From the NCBI GenBank assembly GCA_032718475.1, contig JAUCBJ010001490.1, forward strand, positions 62,001 to 126,000: a stretch of DNA of 64,000 nt, written 5' to 3'. Shown in pieces: positions 51,677 through 63,953 of the stretch (positions within the stretch are counted from its first letter, which is position 1; each line of letters begins with the position of its first letter). A program made the translations under genes and the position numbers. The stretch is from Nemertoderma westbladi. Its lineage: Eukaryota; Animalia; Xenacoelomorpha. Below the pieces are notes generated by a model that made no database searches, had not been told where the DNA came from, and saw only the letters and a program-made list of their open reading frames with translations.

Positions 51677-54345
51677 AAGTTAATAAACTCTAGAACTCTA
51701 AAAACTCTAGGCTGGTGCAGGGTTATCTTAACCATCAAAAATTAAGCTAATATTATTTTACTGTGTTTAGTTTTATTAAACTGTGTGATGGTTCGACTCC
51801 TTTTATATGAATATAATATAACGTAGTTTTATTTTTAAATCATAAATTACATTATAATTAAGTAATTAAATTAGGTAATTAATAATTAATTATATAAAGT
51901 TATCAAATGAAGCGACCCTATTGATATTTAGGGGGGGGGGGGGGGGGGGGCATGGCCACCTGGCTACGTCACTGCTTCTAAGAAACTGCCTATCCCAGTT
52001 AATATAGAAAATGGATATCATCTGGAAATTAGACCTCTCCTTTCACCTGACTTGAAAGTTCTTTCGTGCCACAGTAGAAATGGAAACTTTTTATACGGGG
52101 TGAGACATGGGAACTAATGAACTCATTTGAACAAGTTATTGATGATTTTTACACAAGACTACTTCTGCAAGCAAAACAATATCTTTGTGAGCTAAATAGT
52201 ACAGTAGAAAAGCCAGCAGTAATAGTACAGCTGGCTATAAGAAGACCGTCCACAGGATCACTCCCCATTATTGAATAGCTTTGCTTACAGTCTAAGAGGG
52301 AGTAATTCCAGCCCCTAAATGTCATTATCACTGGAGCTCTGCTCGGGTTTCTGCATTATTAGTTTGTGGCTGGGATGTTTGAACTCTAAAAAGTCGATCA
52401 ATCATGGATGAAATTCAACCAAACTTGGTAGGCCTACACATGTAGTCTATCAAAAGTAATTCTACACACAGACAGACTTTTACAGTTCCTCTGTCTGCCG
52501 CTAGGGGGCGAATTGTCAGAGCTCCAGTTCATCATGCTTAGCACGGTTTAATTAACCTATGAAACATTTGAACGGCCCAGTGCTTAAAATTCAATCAGCT
52601 GGCCTCCCACCTAACATAGCAGTGAGTAACCTTATACAGTAGATATTCCCATAAGATTCACTTGGAAGAGCTATTCAGCTATTCGATTTTTAAATGTTTG
52701 TTTGTTTGAATAAATTTGAATTGAATTTAATTGACGGGATTACATACTGTTTAACGGTTGATGTTTGCTTACTTTCTGGGATATAGTGTGAGAGTAATAA
52801 ACACAACCTTACTAAAACTTGGCAAGTAGGCCTACAGTAATATACTCATATGGCTGCAGTTTTGGCCTATCCACTCAATAGTAGTAGTTTACTAGGCCCT
52901 CATGAGCACCAGCTGGTGTTTCTACCATTGAGTCTATAGCAATTTTCGTGTTATGGGGCTATTTTCGAAATAAAAAAATACATTTTAATAATTTTTTTCG
53001 AAACTTTTTTCCATATCCTAAGCTTTCGAGCTGCGTAGATTGATATTACTTTGATTGACTGACGATGAGCTATAGCTTCGGAGGAGTTTACATAATATAC
53101 AATATAATACATACATACATACATTATACTTTATTTCCAGTAGGTAATAAGCCCTAACGGTCTTTTGCAGTAACTATAGGCCTACAACAACAATGGAATT
53201 AAATGCATGGAAGTTGATAGGGTCTTCCTAATAAGAAAGTACCGTGTAGGCCTACCGCGTAGAGTGGCCCGCATTTAGATTAAGTTAATTTAGTTTCCTA
53301 TACTACAAGATGCATTATTTTTCATTGTCATGTCATTCATATTATTTATGTAATATTTTGTATTATTATTGTTAATTTTTTTTGTTTTTTCCCAAGTGGT
53401 AATATCTTTTATTACGGTACGTTATTTATAACAAATATCAAATTTATAATTATAATATTTTGCTGTTTAGAATATTTATTATTATTTAGAGAAAAATTAA
53501 TATTTTAGTAAATAATGTAATAATTTGTATAAAAATATTTTGAGTTATCGAAAATCCTCCATAATCGATAGAAAATTTAATCTATTCGATGTTTAACATT
53601 AAAATCTAAAAAATCCGGGGTGGATTTCCGTCCCTTTTACCTCACCAGAGTAGAGTCTCCGCCCAAAAGCTAAAGAGATCACCATAGAAATTAAATCCCT
53701 GGACCCGCCCCTCCTTCTATGATTACCGCGCTCTCGGTAACTGTAAGTTGTACGGAGACTAATTACCTTTTATATTATTTGTTGGTAATGTTGAACAATA
53801 CATTGTTTGGTGTATTGTTATTGTTTTTTTTACAAATGTATAAATATATAATGATTTCTATCCATTGTATTGGTCGTTCAAATTATCGCATATACCAGGA
53901 CCAGTGGCACAAACCAGTATTATAACTTTAGATATTATTACACACTGCACTGAGCACGGTACATTAATGAGTTGTATAAGAAGAGTACTGGCAGTATTAA
54001 TTAATTATTTTAATGCATAACGCCAGATTGTCGCCAACTGCCGCATTACGTTTATGTTTCGTCCGAGGCGAATGGCATGTCTTTGTCCAACATATAAAAT
54101 TATCTATCTAAATAATATATTTACACACTTCCTGATCTTGACACACAACACAAAACTTCAGTGTACTAGGTGACGAGGTACCGGTACAGTACAGTAATTA
54201 ATTGCAAAAAGTTTTGCTGAACCAACTGTGTACGACGTAAACGGTACACCAGTCTGACAGTGTTATAGGGTACTGTATTGTGTATTGTAGACCCACCCCC
54301 ATTTTCCATAAATTAGTGGGCCTAAAAAATAATTAGTATCCTAAC

Positions 54346-54726
54346 ATGTTGTTACGTGTTTCCCTAGAATTTCCAGTCATAAGGCGTAACATATCTTGCT
54401 TACTAAATAGTAGAAGTTCTACTTTCTGTAACCGTACTAAGTTCACAAAGTTATCCGTAGCGGGTAAGTATCACGTTCACACATCACCGGTACCGTTGCC
54501 ACGCCCTCAATCATTGTTATTTAACGCCTTACAACGCAAACTCAGTACCGGTAGCAGCATGGCGGGTTTCTACTCATTTTCAGCGGAAGATATCGATGGG
54601 GAGACAGTCGATATGAAACGATACAGCGGTCGCGTCTGTTTGGTTGTTAATGTGGCGACTAAATGAGGTTTTACCAAGAAGAACTACTCGCAACTGGTGG
54701 ACCTGCACTCCACCTACGCTTCACAG
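54346..54726 (+). CDS. GPX4: Selenoprotein phospholipid hydroperoxide glutathione peroxidase, exon 1 (in-frame TGA = Sec at 54664-54666); join(54346..54726,55226..55540), 231 aa
   Basis: RYSGRVCLVVNVATK-TGA-GFTKKNYSQLVDLHSTYASQ then GTAAGT; homology continues past the TGA. Basic/Ser-rich N-terminal extension and a second ATG at 54559. Confidence 0.93.
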
Positions 54727-55225
54727 GTAAGTTCGCATTACAACCTGAAGTTACTGATACCGGTGTACCGGTACCGGTTCAGCGGTTTTGTCAGATTTAT
54801 GAATTTAGAATGGATGGTCTTCTTATTGAGTCAACAGACCTTACAGTGTTGCTTCGTATAACTGTATAATGGGAGTTGCCGGGTCATGACAGCATGACGA
54901 GAACAGCGCGATAAATTCCAGAATCACGTTGTAATAAACATAGTTAAACCTTAACCCACCCAACCTCATGTACATCGGATCTGAGTACAATCAGTACAGT
55001 ACTGTACACAGACACTCTAACTCACTTGTGTAGGCCTATCGATTCATCTACGGTATGTCTTAAAATGTAATTTTCGAATTTTAACCCACCTTTCCTTTAT
55101 TTGATTTAAAAAGTATTGATATTGATATTTAGATTTAGTTCCCGAGATATTGTCCACTCATACTCCATCTCTTTCGGTTTTTACCCTACCGGTAATAATA
55201 TTATCATTCACTTGTAATTGTCTAG

Positions 55226-55540
55226 GGTTTGAGTATCCTGGCGTTCCCCTGTAACCAGTTTGGCGGGCAGGAACCCGGGACTAACGCCGAAATAAAAGAA
55301 TTCGCCAAGAGTTACGGAGTTAACTTCGATATGTTCAGCAAGATCGACGTCAATGGCGACAGGGCTCATCCGTTATGGAAATGGCTTCAGTCGGAATTGC
55401 ACGGATTCATGGGTAACAAGATTAAATGGAATTTCTCGAAGTTTCTACTCGACCGATCCGGGACTCCGATAAAGCGATTCGCTCCCAACGTCGAGCCCAA
55501 GTCGATAGAGAAGGACATTATTGATCTATTGAGCAAATAA
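55226..55540 (+). CDS. GPX4: Selenoprotein GPX4, exon 2
   Basis: TAG|[18 protein letters not shown]...[21 protein letters not shown]...[24 protein letters not shown] stop. Confidence 0.95.
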   Translation, partial: GLSILAFPCNQFGGQEPGTNAEIKEFAKSYGVNFDMFSKIDVNGDRAHPLWKWLQSELHGFMGNKIKWNFSKFLLDRSGTPIKRFAPNVEPKSIEKDIIDLLSK

Positions 55541-55558
55541 TAGTTGAGTGTTTGGTTA

Positions 55559-55777
55559 GGAACATTAGCCCGTGTCCAATATTCGCCCGGAGCAAACTTC
55601 GTGCGATAAATAATTATCGCTAAATTAACTGCCTGGCTAATTAATAATTTATAACTTGTGCTATTGACTTTATTGTTTTGGTTAGAATTACATGCCACTG
55701 TAAGTAACCAGTACAACCTACTCCTTTCCCAATATTGATAAATTATTGGGCGTAGCTTGTCTACGGGCTAAGTTTCC
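55559..55777. mobile_element. MITE-like insertion in the GPX4 3' region
   Basis: Imperfect TIRs GGAACATTAGCCCGT / ACGGGCTAAGTTTCC; internal core shared with the 26727 MITE; no clear TSD. Confidence 0.55.
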
Positions 55778-56641
55778 TCCCGTCCGAGGGTTGTGCTTGT
55801 GATTATTGTTGTATTATTATTGCTGGGCAAGGAGTAAAAACTAAATGTATTTTTTCCCGTTGTATTTACTATAGTTTGTTTCATGGCTGTAATTCGAGTG
55901 GGTAACTCATTTGTCGCAGTAACAACAACCAGTGCCCCTATGGCCATGGCCCCCCAAACTCTAAAAGATTATAGCCTCATCTCTTTGGACATAGAAGTAC
56001 TGCTTAATGTGACTTAATGGATTCAACGCCTGTCCGCTTATCACAATAATGTTTGGCGGCACAGCTTTGAATCTTATTAACCGCAGCTATGGATGTGCTG
56101 GGGGACATGGCTAAGGAATCCTGGGTTTGCTAGGAGAAAGGATTAAAAGGGTTGAGTAGTTTACTAAATTACAGAAAACGGTTTGTTATCTAAACGAATT
56201 ATATCCAAAAAACTTCTTAAATTATTTGTAATTCATACAGTCTGTATGTATATGAATTTGAAAAATAAAAAATGTAATGTAATGTATCGCATGATACAGT
56301 ACATTACATTTTATATTAAATAATATTGAGTATATCATTCCTTTATTAGTATTGTTTTGTTATTAAACATTTAGTCCATTATTATAGTGCAGTTAATATT
56401 GTGTTTACACTATTACACCCATCCAAATACACTGGCAATTCAATAGGTGGTATTAGCTATAGCTATATTAGCATTAGAGCTTCAATTAGCAGTGAATTTA
56501 ATTAATTGTAAAAATATTGTTTATTGTGGGGCGAGCCTCGTAGCGTGGACGTTGTTAGGGTGTGTAACTTTGTAACTGACGGTTTTTAAATGTTTCCCAT
56601 TCCATTTAATCCTATTGATTTGAATCTCGATCTGTCTATGA

Positions 56642-56964
56642 GGCCCGGGTCACTCAGGATCTTTCAACTTACAACTAAAAGATATAACAGTAGCCTATGG
56701 AGGCGTTCACAGTCACACATAACTAGTCTACTTTCAACATGCACTAGTCATGATCAGTCTTACTTGAAAGCTGAAAGCTGACATCTCTAGCATTGACAAC
56801 CAATAAGATGTAACAACTATTTCCCAAAGTAATATTGTGCAAATGTTTTGTAGCTGGTCTATTGCAAGATAGCCAATGTTTGTATATGTCTGAAGTGAAC
56901 CGTAACATGTCATAGTTTTGAAAGTTGATAGTTGAATGTTGAAAGCTCAGGTGTGACCCGGACC
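56642..56964. mobile_element. ~320-bp MITE (PIF/Harbinger-like)
   Basis: TIRs GGCCCGGGTCACTCAGGATCTTTCAAC / GTTGAAAGCTCAGGTGTGACCCGGACC, flanked by TGA and TTA. Confidence 0.55.
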
Positions 56965-57621
56965 TTAACAATTACCCAATGTATAGAGTTTGGGTTTCAC
57001 TGGCTAGGAGGCGTTACGAGGTGAACCCATCGTGTCCAATATAAATCTCGTTATCATAACCGAATTAACTAAATGTAACCGAATTACGTGCATCGCGAAT
57101 TCCCCACGAATATATTACATGGATTAGTGACCGTGTTAGATCACCATTATTATGTCATCATCAACTCATATTCCAACGTCTCTATGACGGTAATGACACT
57201 TTTAAAGTAATTTATCAAATCGGCTTTTTTCCTATGCAACAATAAAATGTTAGATTTAGTTAAGAATCCTTTAAATCTGTTTTATATTTCAAAACGGCCA
57301 CCAGAATTGTATTAAACGAATTATCGTTTTTACAAACCTCAATCCTAAAGATTTCACAACCAATTCGCTTTACACAAACATTATAATATGCAATTTTCGT
57401 AATTTTACATACAGTAAACGTCCTAGAAATAATTGATGGGATATGTGTTGGTCGGTTGTGGTCTTACTCACTTACTGTTTGTTACTCTTTTACATTAATT
57501 GAATTTTCCTATTTTTTTAAACATAATATTTACCTAGTTACATCTATCATTACCAACTGTCTACTATTGAATAATTGATGGTTTTACGATATTCATCTGT
57601 AGTTCCAACCATAATGTTCTA

Positions 57622-57693
57622 GCATGCGAGCTTATGATGGGAATATTCGCAACCGTTTTAAGTTAATGGAGATTATTTCCTGAATTTCCGTGC
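57622..57693 (+). promoter_or_regulatory. Eukaryotic type-II SECIS element for the Sec-containing GPX4
   Basis: Helix I GCATG/CGTGC; core ATGAT (57634) / TGAA (57681); helix II GGGAATA/TATTTCC; unpaired AA at 57651, 12 nt after the core; helix III CCGTT/AATGG. Confidence 0.8.
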
Positions 57694-58089
57694 AGGGGAT
57701 TCGCTTGCTAGGTGACAACGTTGTTGAACTGGATATGTCGTGTCGTCAAATTTCATGTAATTTCCTAGGTAGAATAACATGGTGTATTTCATGCAGTACG
57801 GTAGTTATTGTTTATCCATCACAATGCTAATTAAATATTTTAATTGAAATTAATTAAATAGAAAACAACTAATTTTTCTTAAATAACAGAACCAGCTTTA
57901 GCTTAGTAGTAGCATGACCTGTACATGACAGTAATTTTTGCGGGTCTGCGACATGTTGGCCTTTACTATGGTACAATTGAGGAAGACCCAGATTATAAAG
58001 CCGGCCAAAACACTGGGTCAGAAATATAAACTTACCATTCAAAAGTCCAGTGTAATTGAACAGTCGGTAACTTTAATTTATTTTTTAAC

Positions 58090-59296
58090 TTTGACCCTCT
58101 GCCTTCTTGGCTTCTGCGGCTGCCTGCTTGGCTCTATCCAACCACTTGTTCCCTTCAGCGGCAGCCACGAGCCCAGCTCAGGGTTAGCGAATACACTGCG
58201 GAATGCCATGATACCTCCTGGTTCACCACCTCCTACATCAACCGTTCAGAGAGCATGGATGTCCCCTATTCACGACGCAAACAAAGCCACTCTTCGGCTT
58301 GCCGCCCCACCAGTGGCACTTGCCAGGCTTAACTCGCTGCTGGCTCAATGCGTTGCCCAGCTCCTCCTTGGGACTCGTTCCCAAGGACTCGTTCCCAAGG
58401 AGGTTACCCAGTTCCGCATCGCCATTGCTACGAGACTGGGTTGTAAAGTGGTCGAACCCCACACCTGCCGCTGTGGCACTCCAGTGGCTGCCGATGGCCT
58501 CCACGCCCTCTGCTACCAGCTGAGCGCTGGCCGGCATACCCACCACGCCATGATAAACGATATCATTCGCCGGGCGTTGATTAGTTGTGGGGTGCCATCA
58601 ATCCTCTAACCCCTAGGTTTCAACCCCCAGATGGCAGGAAAATTGGATGGAGTGACCATGACCCCGTGGTCCCAGGGCAAAACCCTAGCATGGGAAGCCA
58701 CTGTGGTAGATCCACTGGCCCCCAGCCACCTTCAACAAACCATCATTGCCGGGGGGCACTCAGCTGAGGGGGCGGATCGCATTAAAAACTCGCGTACCTT
58801 TATAAGTATCGCGACCTAATGGACCGGGGCCATTTCTTTCACCCTGTGGCCTTTGAGACCTTTGGCAGCCCCGGTCCAGAGACATCAACCTTCCTCCGGG
58901 AGATCGGGGCTCGTCTCCACAGTGCCACCCACGAACCGCGGTCAAACCAGTTTCTGCTCCAGCGCCTGGAGATAAAAATTTTGGTTGGTAATGCAGCCTC
59001 AGTCATGGGGACAGCAGCCACGCCGACCATCGGTCTATTCGGGGACTGAAGAGCCGAAACCAATCGAAACTGTCGAAATGGTTGCCAATGGAGTCACCAA
59101 CGGGATGACGGCCAAAGATATTCAACATTCAATACTCTATTACTCTACTATTCAATACTTGAGATCTTATGCAATCTCAAATATTCAATTCGGTACTGTA
59201 CCTTCAATTCAATATTCAATCTTAGTATTATTTCTGTGCTTCGTTATTTAATATCACATTTATTTAAATATATATTTGAAATAAATAAAAAAAAAA
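58090..59296 (+). mobile_element. 5'-truncated, degenerate CRE-clade non-LTR retrotransposon (Zn knuckle, restriction-like endonuclease, poly-A)
   Basis: FRIAIATRLG..PHTCRCG....DGLHALC...GRH..H..INDII.RAL, then DGVTMTPWSQGKTLAWEATVVD, FHPVAFETFG, FLLQRL.I.I..GNAASVMGT. Stops and frameshifts present; AATAAA-A tail at 59279-59296. Confidence 0.85.
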
Positions 59297-60050
59297 TATG
59301 CCCACACGAAAACCCAGTAAACTAACATTTAACTTTTTGTTGTTATTGTTACCTTTCCCATGCCAAAACCAAGTAACTGACAAGTCCCTTCGCCAAAACC
59401 CAGTAACTCTGACTTCCTTCGCCAACGGTTAGCGAAAACAAAGAGGCAACATTCTAGAATATAAATAATATTCTAGAACATTTAATTATTTGTCTACGTC
59501 TGTTGCGTTGCCAGAGTTACTGGGTTTTGGTTTGGCATAGTATCTGCATTCGGGAAATCCCACGTCAAAACCCAGTATCTCAAACTGCTGGAAACCCAGT
59601 AACTCTGTTTAACTGGGTTTTGACGTGGTAAATCTGACATTGACAATATACATACTGGGTTTTGACTTGGACAATTTGTCTTTCGGAAACGATACTCGAT
59701 TTTGTTCAGAAAATACCATGTGAAAACCCAGTAAAGAATTTTGCTCGAAACCCAGTAAGTGCAGTTACTGGGTTTTGGCGGAGGATCTTGGGATTTTTGA
59801 GCACATACTGGGTTTTGATGGAGTAACTTTTTCAAAATAACACCAGAAAGGATACACGAAACCCAGTAACTAGCATTACTGTGTTTCGACGTGGTATTTG
59901 CTCTAAATTAGCTAATTAGTTAATTAATTAATTGTTAATACTGCGAAATCGGTTAGTGCTATGGTTTCGAAACTGAGTCAGATGAATTCTACGCCCCCAA
60001 AAATAGAAAAAAATCGATTTCGAAAAAAATTGACATACTGGGTTTGGGTT
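59297..60050. repeat. Cluster of alternating direct and inverted AAAACCCAGTAA / TACTGGGTTTT motifs
   Basis: More than 12 copies in both orientations, probably the subterminal region of a DNA transposon. Confidence 0.7.
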
Positions 60051-61097
60051 TGGAGCTGCCGTAAATCAGGCCCAACTCATCCTTCCCTTCCTTTTGTAAA
60101 GGTTGCAAAACCCAAAATAAAAGGTAGTTTGTCAGCTGTAAATCTTTCACATGAGCAAAAATGAATATTTTTTCTCTTGTCCTTTTAGAGGCCCAATAGG
60201 AAACTGAAGGAGGTTTAAATCTTTCAATTAATAATTATAAATACAAATTTACCAGTCTGAATACTTTATATTTTATTATACATACTTTTACTTTGAAATA
60301 AGAATTTGAGCACCAAATTATGGTATATTAATTCATAATATAAACATGGCAAAGATAAGCGTACCACAAACAAATAGGCCGCGTCTCTGTGAAATCTTTG
60401 GCGTCAGTCTGTATATAGTTCGTAAGTCTGCCGCGAGATGACGTAATCTAAAGGTTTTCACTTCCAGACTTTTCGTCCACTAGCTATTTAGACTTGGTAG
60501 TTAGGCGGCCTTAGTAAACACAAGTTCCAGATCCAAAGATCGCCTTTTAGTCTTTCTACTTTAGGAGCTTATAATATTACGTATACGGATTGATAAAAAA
60601 TATCGGCGTTGAGAAAATTATGTTTACGTCTAATGATAATATTGGAATACCAAAACTACAAGAAACAAAAATGGAATACAGCACAATGCAAATAGCTTTC
60701 TATTCAATAGTATATACAACAGTAGATCTGTACAATGTATCAGTAAAAATATTCATATTATAACGATAATCAATAATTAATTAATTGTAAACATGAAATA
60801 AATAAATAAATAGTAAATAATAGAAAAAAGAAAGTAGTGCATTTTCAAATGGCACTGTGAAATAATATTATGAAATTTAGCCAATAAATACCGGATCTGA
60901 TATGGCGGTGATTACAAAAGAAAATGAAAGTGAAATAATCCGTTAATTGTACAGGAAAATGAAATCCATGATGGAGTACTCTTAGCTGAGAAGTTAGCAA
61001 AGTATAGAGATCTTAATGTTAATTAATTAATAGCACTATTAATTATTAACTATTAATTAAAAATTATCAATAATTTACTAAGCAGGTCTTCGTTTAA

Positions 61098-63347
61098 TTA
61101 CATGAAACCAAAACCCTCAGAACCCTCATTGATTGCGATACGCAAAGCTTGTTGAAGTTTATCCATGGAGCGATAAGTCGGCAGACAGAGTTGGTTGGAG
61201 CAGGTGTGAGCAATTGGCAGACAGTCTGTAGACAGACAGGGGTCGTGGGAGACCAGAAACCCCGGCAACAAGTCGGCGAACCCGCCACTCGGCAGCTGGG
61301 AGGAGCCGGTCACGAACTGCACTAGTTTAGTCAACTCCTCCTGCGTGAAGGAGCCCAGAACCACCCAGAACCACCCGCACTGCGAACCCAACAAGTCAAC
61401 CTGGCAGTTCCGTCTCATATCCTCGAGATTAATCTCCGCGGCGCCGCAAAGTAGAAGTTCCAACTCAGATTCATTGAAAACTCCTAAGAGTTGAGATAGA
61501 ATTAAATTAGATAGACCGGAAACGAATTGTTTAGTTTGTTGTTCCACCTGAGTAGATAATCGGAACTTGGCGATCGCGTTTAAATACTCCAGTTTATTAG
61601 TTTCTTTTACTCGTATTTTTTTCCCGTTATGAACTATATCGACTGTTTTCTCTAAACGTCCGTCGTTTGTGTAAATATCTTCCGTGAAATAAAGATCTAA
61701 ATCCTCGGGGTTGTTTTCGACGAGGTATCGGACTTTAGAGACGTAAAAATCTGGGTCGTCCGTGGAGAACAGGGAGTAGGTTACAGGGAGGTCGACTATT
61801 TGTGCGAGAAAAGATCGCGTTAGATGGACCGGAAGGAGTAGTCTAGAGGCGCGCCCGAAAGAGGATTCGTACAAAGCCTTACCGACCAAACGGCCGGCGA
61901 ACTCGAAGAGTTTCCAGTCGGTCGGGGACCGACGGTCCGGGTTGGGATGGAGGAGGGCTTGGTTACTCGAGCAAAGCGGGGCGAATAGAGGTTGTCCGCG
62001 GGGGTCGGTGTGGTTGAATACCGCGAGGGTTACCAGTTGGAACCATTCCCGGCCGACCCCGCCGTAATCCAAACCCGCCTCCCCGAGGAAATGAACAACG
62101 AAACGGTCCTGCCAAACTCGAGACGAAATGGTGGCTCTCATCGAGTTTGCTAGTAAATCGTCGCGAGAAACTTTGAGACTTAACGATTTGCGACTGACAG
62201 GGTTATTGTAGTGCGACTGAATGGCATTAAAGAAGAAGCGAGATTTATCTTCGAATGTTTCAGAACCGCCCATGTTGAGTTGCAGCTGGCGGAAGTAGGA
62301 AGCAGCCAATAGGGAGGCTTCCTCAGAAACTAGGGTTACGGAATGCTCAGTAGAATCGCTTATAGAAACTCTGTTACCTAGCAACTCGACCGAGGTCCCT
62401 TGACCCACCCGGAAAGCGGTACGTTTTACCGGAATCAAGTTAAAGAACATGTAATCATAGATAGATAACTGTCGTGGTTTTATGTAACAATACACTTTGT
62501 TTTTTGGTTTTTTTGAGTCTGGAATTCTGCAGGTGTAATAGGCGTCCCTATGGTTACGTCTGTCTAGGTTCTTATTGACTACTTGAGAATCCGATTTAGT
62601 GAGGGAGATGATTTTAAACTCGCCGTTGCTGATTGGCTGGCCGTCGTACTTAAAGACGTAGTTCGAAAGACCAGGGGTTTCCAGGGTCATATAGAATTCG
62701 ACGACTTCCGTTTTAATTTTGTAACTAATTTGCAGCGTTGGCGAGTTATCTGCGGACGTCGGAATGATTTGACATTTATTAGGCGCAGAATCGAGGCAAA
62801 TATTGCCAAAGGTGTCTCGCGGTTGGAAAGTCAAGTTGACGGGTATACCGATCTCGGCGACCACGGTAGAACAGTAACCCAGCAACCGGGACTTCGCCAG
62901 GGAGACCTCCCCAGCTACGAAGGGTCGTCCGAAGGTGCGCGTGTTAAACGCAGCGGTGAGCGTCACCGCGTAAACGCCAGAGGAACGAGTTGTAAAGGAA
63001 CAGCGTATGAGTTCGATTTCGCCGTTTTCTTTATGTTGAGTTTCACACGAACACGGACAAACTAACCCCTCCGGGTTCGTTATCGATACTGCAATCTCAT
63101 TCACCGACCCGAAAGGAACATTTCGAGGAAATGGTAAACCAAAAAGGCAGAAGCGTTTACTGATGAGAAACGAAACCGTGGCACCGACGGCTTTTGGTTG
63201 GTTCCACAACCATTCCACCTGCAGCTTCCGGCCAGTATTATTGTAAATTAGATTCCACAACCACTTTATGGCCAATATTCCTGTCATGGCTCCATAGATT
63301 ATCAATATTGTTAAACGTAAAATATAAAGTCTAAAGAACCTGTACAT
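61098..63347 (-). CDS. AREL1: Apoptosis-resistant E3 ubiquitin ligase 1 (N-terminal TM, filamin-like, HECT), 749 aa, intronless
   Basis: Hydrophobic N-terminus; PRDTFGN; KVYCYIKPRQLSI; NMGGSETFEDK..FF; HECT motifs F.GE.GLDYGGVGREWF, FAGRLVGKALYES, FNESELELLLCG, QFVTGSSQLPSGGF, LPIAHTC.NQLCLP, EGSEGFG. Confidence 0.93.
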   Translation of the reverse strand: MYRFFRLYILRLTILIIYGAMTGILAIKWLWNLIYNNTGRKLQVEWLWNQPKAVGATVSFLISKRFCLFGLPFPRNVPFGSVNEIAVSITNPEGLVCPCSCETQHKENGEIELIRCSFTTRSSGVYAVTLTAAFNTRTFGRPFVAGEVSLAKSRLLGYCSTVVAEIGIPVNLTFQPRDTFGNICLDSAPNKCQIIPTSADNSPTLQISYKIKTEVVEFYMTLETPGLSNYVFKYDGQPISNGEFKIISLTKSDSQVVNKNLDRRNHRDAYYTCRIPDSKKPKNKVYCYIKPRQLSIYDYMFFNLIPVKRTAFRVGQGTSVELLGNRVSISDSTEHSVTLVSEEASLLAASYFRQLQLNMGGSETFEDKSRFFFNAIQSHYNNPVSRKSLSLKVSRDDLLANSMRATISSRVWQDRFVVHFLGEAGLDYGGVGREWFQLVTLAVFNHTDPRGQPLFAPLCSSNQALLHPNPDRRSPTDWKLFEFAGRLVGKALYESSFGRASRLLLPVHLTRSFLAQIVDLPVTYSLFSTDDPDFYVSKVRYLVENNPEDLDLYFTEDIYTNDGRLEKTVDIVHNGKKIRVKETNKLEYLNAIAKFRLSTQVEQQTKQFVSGLSNLILSQLLGVFNESELELLLCGAAEINLEDMRRNCQVDLLGSQCGWFWVVLGSFTQEELTKLVQFVTGSSQLPSGGFADLLPGFLVSHDPCLSTDCLPIAHTCSNQLCLPTYRSMDKLQQALRIAINEGSEGFGFM

Positions 63348-63662
63348 CGTTCGTTACCATAAGGCATAAAGTACTGAACAGCTGAATGAATACAGTACAC
63401 AATGTACACGTTCGTGGGGCCTTCGCGCAGCACGAGGCCCAGTTATGAGATACAAATTAAAATTGTGCGACTGTATCACAAAATCAGGTTATGAGATATT
63501 AACCCACACCACCAATTAATCAAAGAAAGGGGGACAGTACGTGTTCACCCCTTTTAATCTGCACACCCCCCCCCCCCCCCCCTCCCCCCACCCACCAATA
63601 CATAACCGCGACATCTACCACCCACGGAAGGGTAGCACGAACTTATTTCCAATCGCACGTTA

Positions 63663-63953
63663 AATATGCAAAGCCAGGTGGTTTATAGGAATATAATAAA
63701 CGCAGTACTCGTTTTCATTATAAGCCTCTTTGCGTTCGTCCTGTTTTGTATTTAAATATATTTCTTAAACGCAGGCTAGGACGATCTTTATAATAATAAT
63801 AACTAGGGATGCGATCAATATGTGAAGCCAGGTGGTTTATATAACAATTTAGTCAACGCAGTACTCGTCTTCATTATATGCCTCGTTGCGCTCGTCGCTT
63901 GTCCTGTTTTGTCATAAAATATTTTTCCTAAACGCAGACTGACGATCTTTATA
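63663..63953. repeat. Diverged ~150-bp tandem duplication upstream of AREL1
   Basis: AAGCCAGGTGGTTTATA..AACGCAGTACTCGT.TTCATTATA..GTCCTGTTTTGT..TAAACGCAG..GACGATCTTTATA occurs twice. Confidence 0.75.

Noticed and set aside
54663-54869. ORF starting at the ATG overlapping the Sec TGA
   Set aside because: Out of frame with the GPX4 homology and runs into the intron.
56009-56080. Hairpin with GTGA...AA as an alternative SECIS
   Set aside because: It lacks the 3' GA of the quartet and the apical region is too long; 57622-57693 fits the consensus fully.
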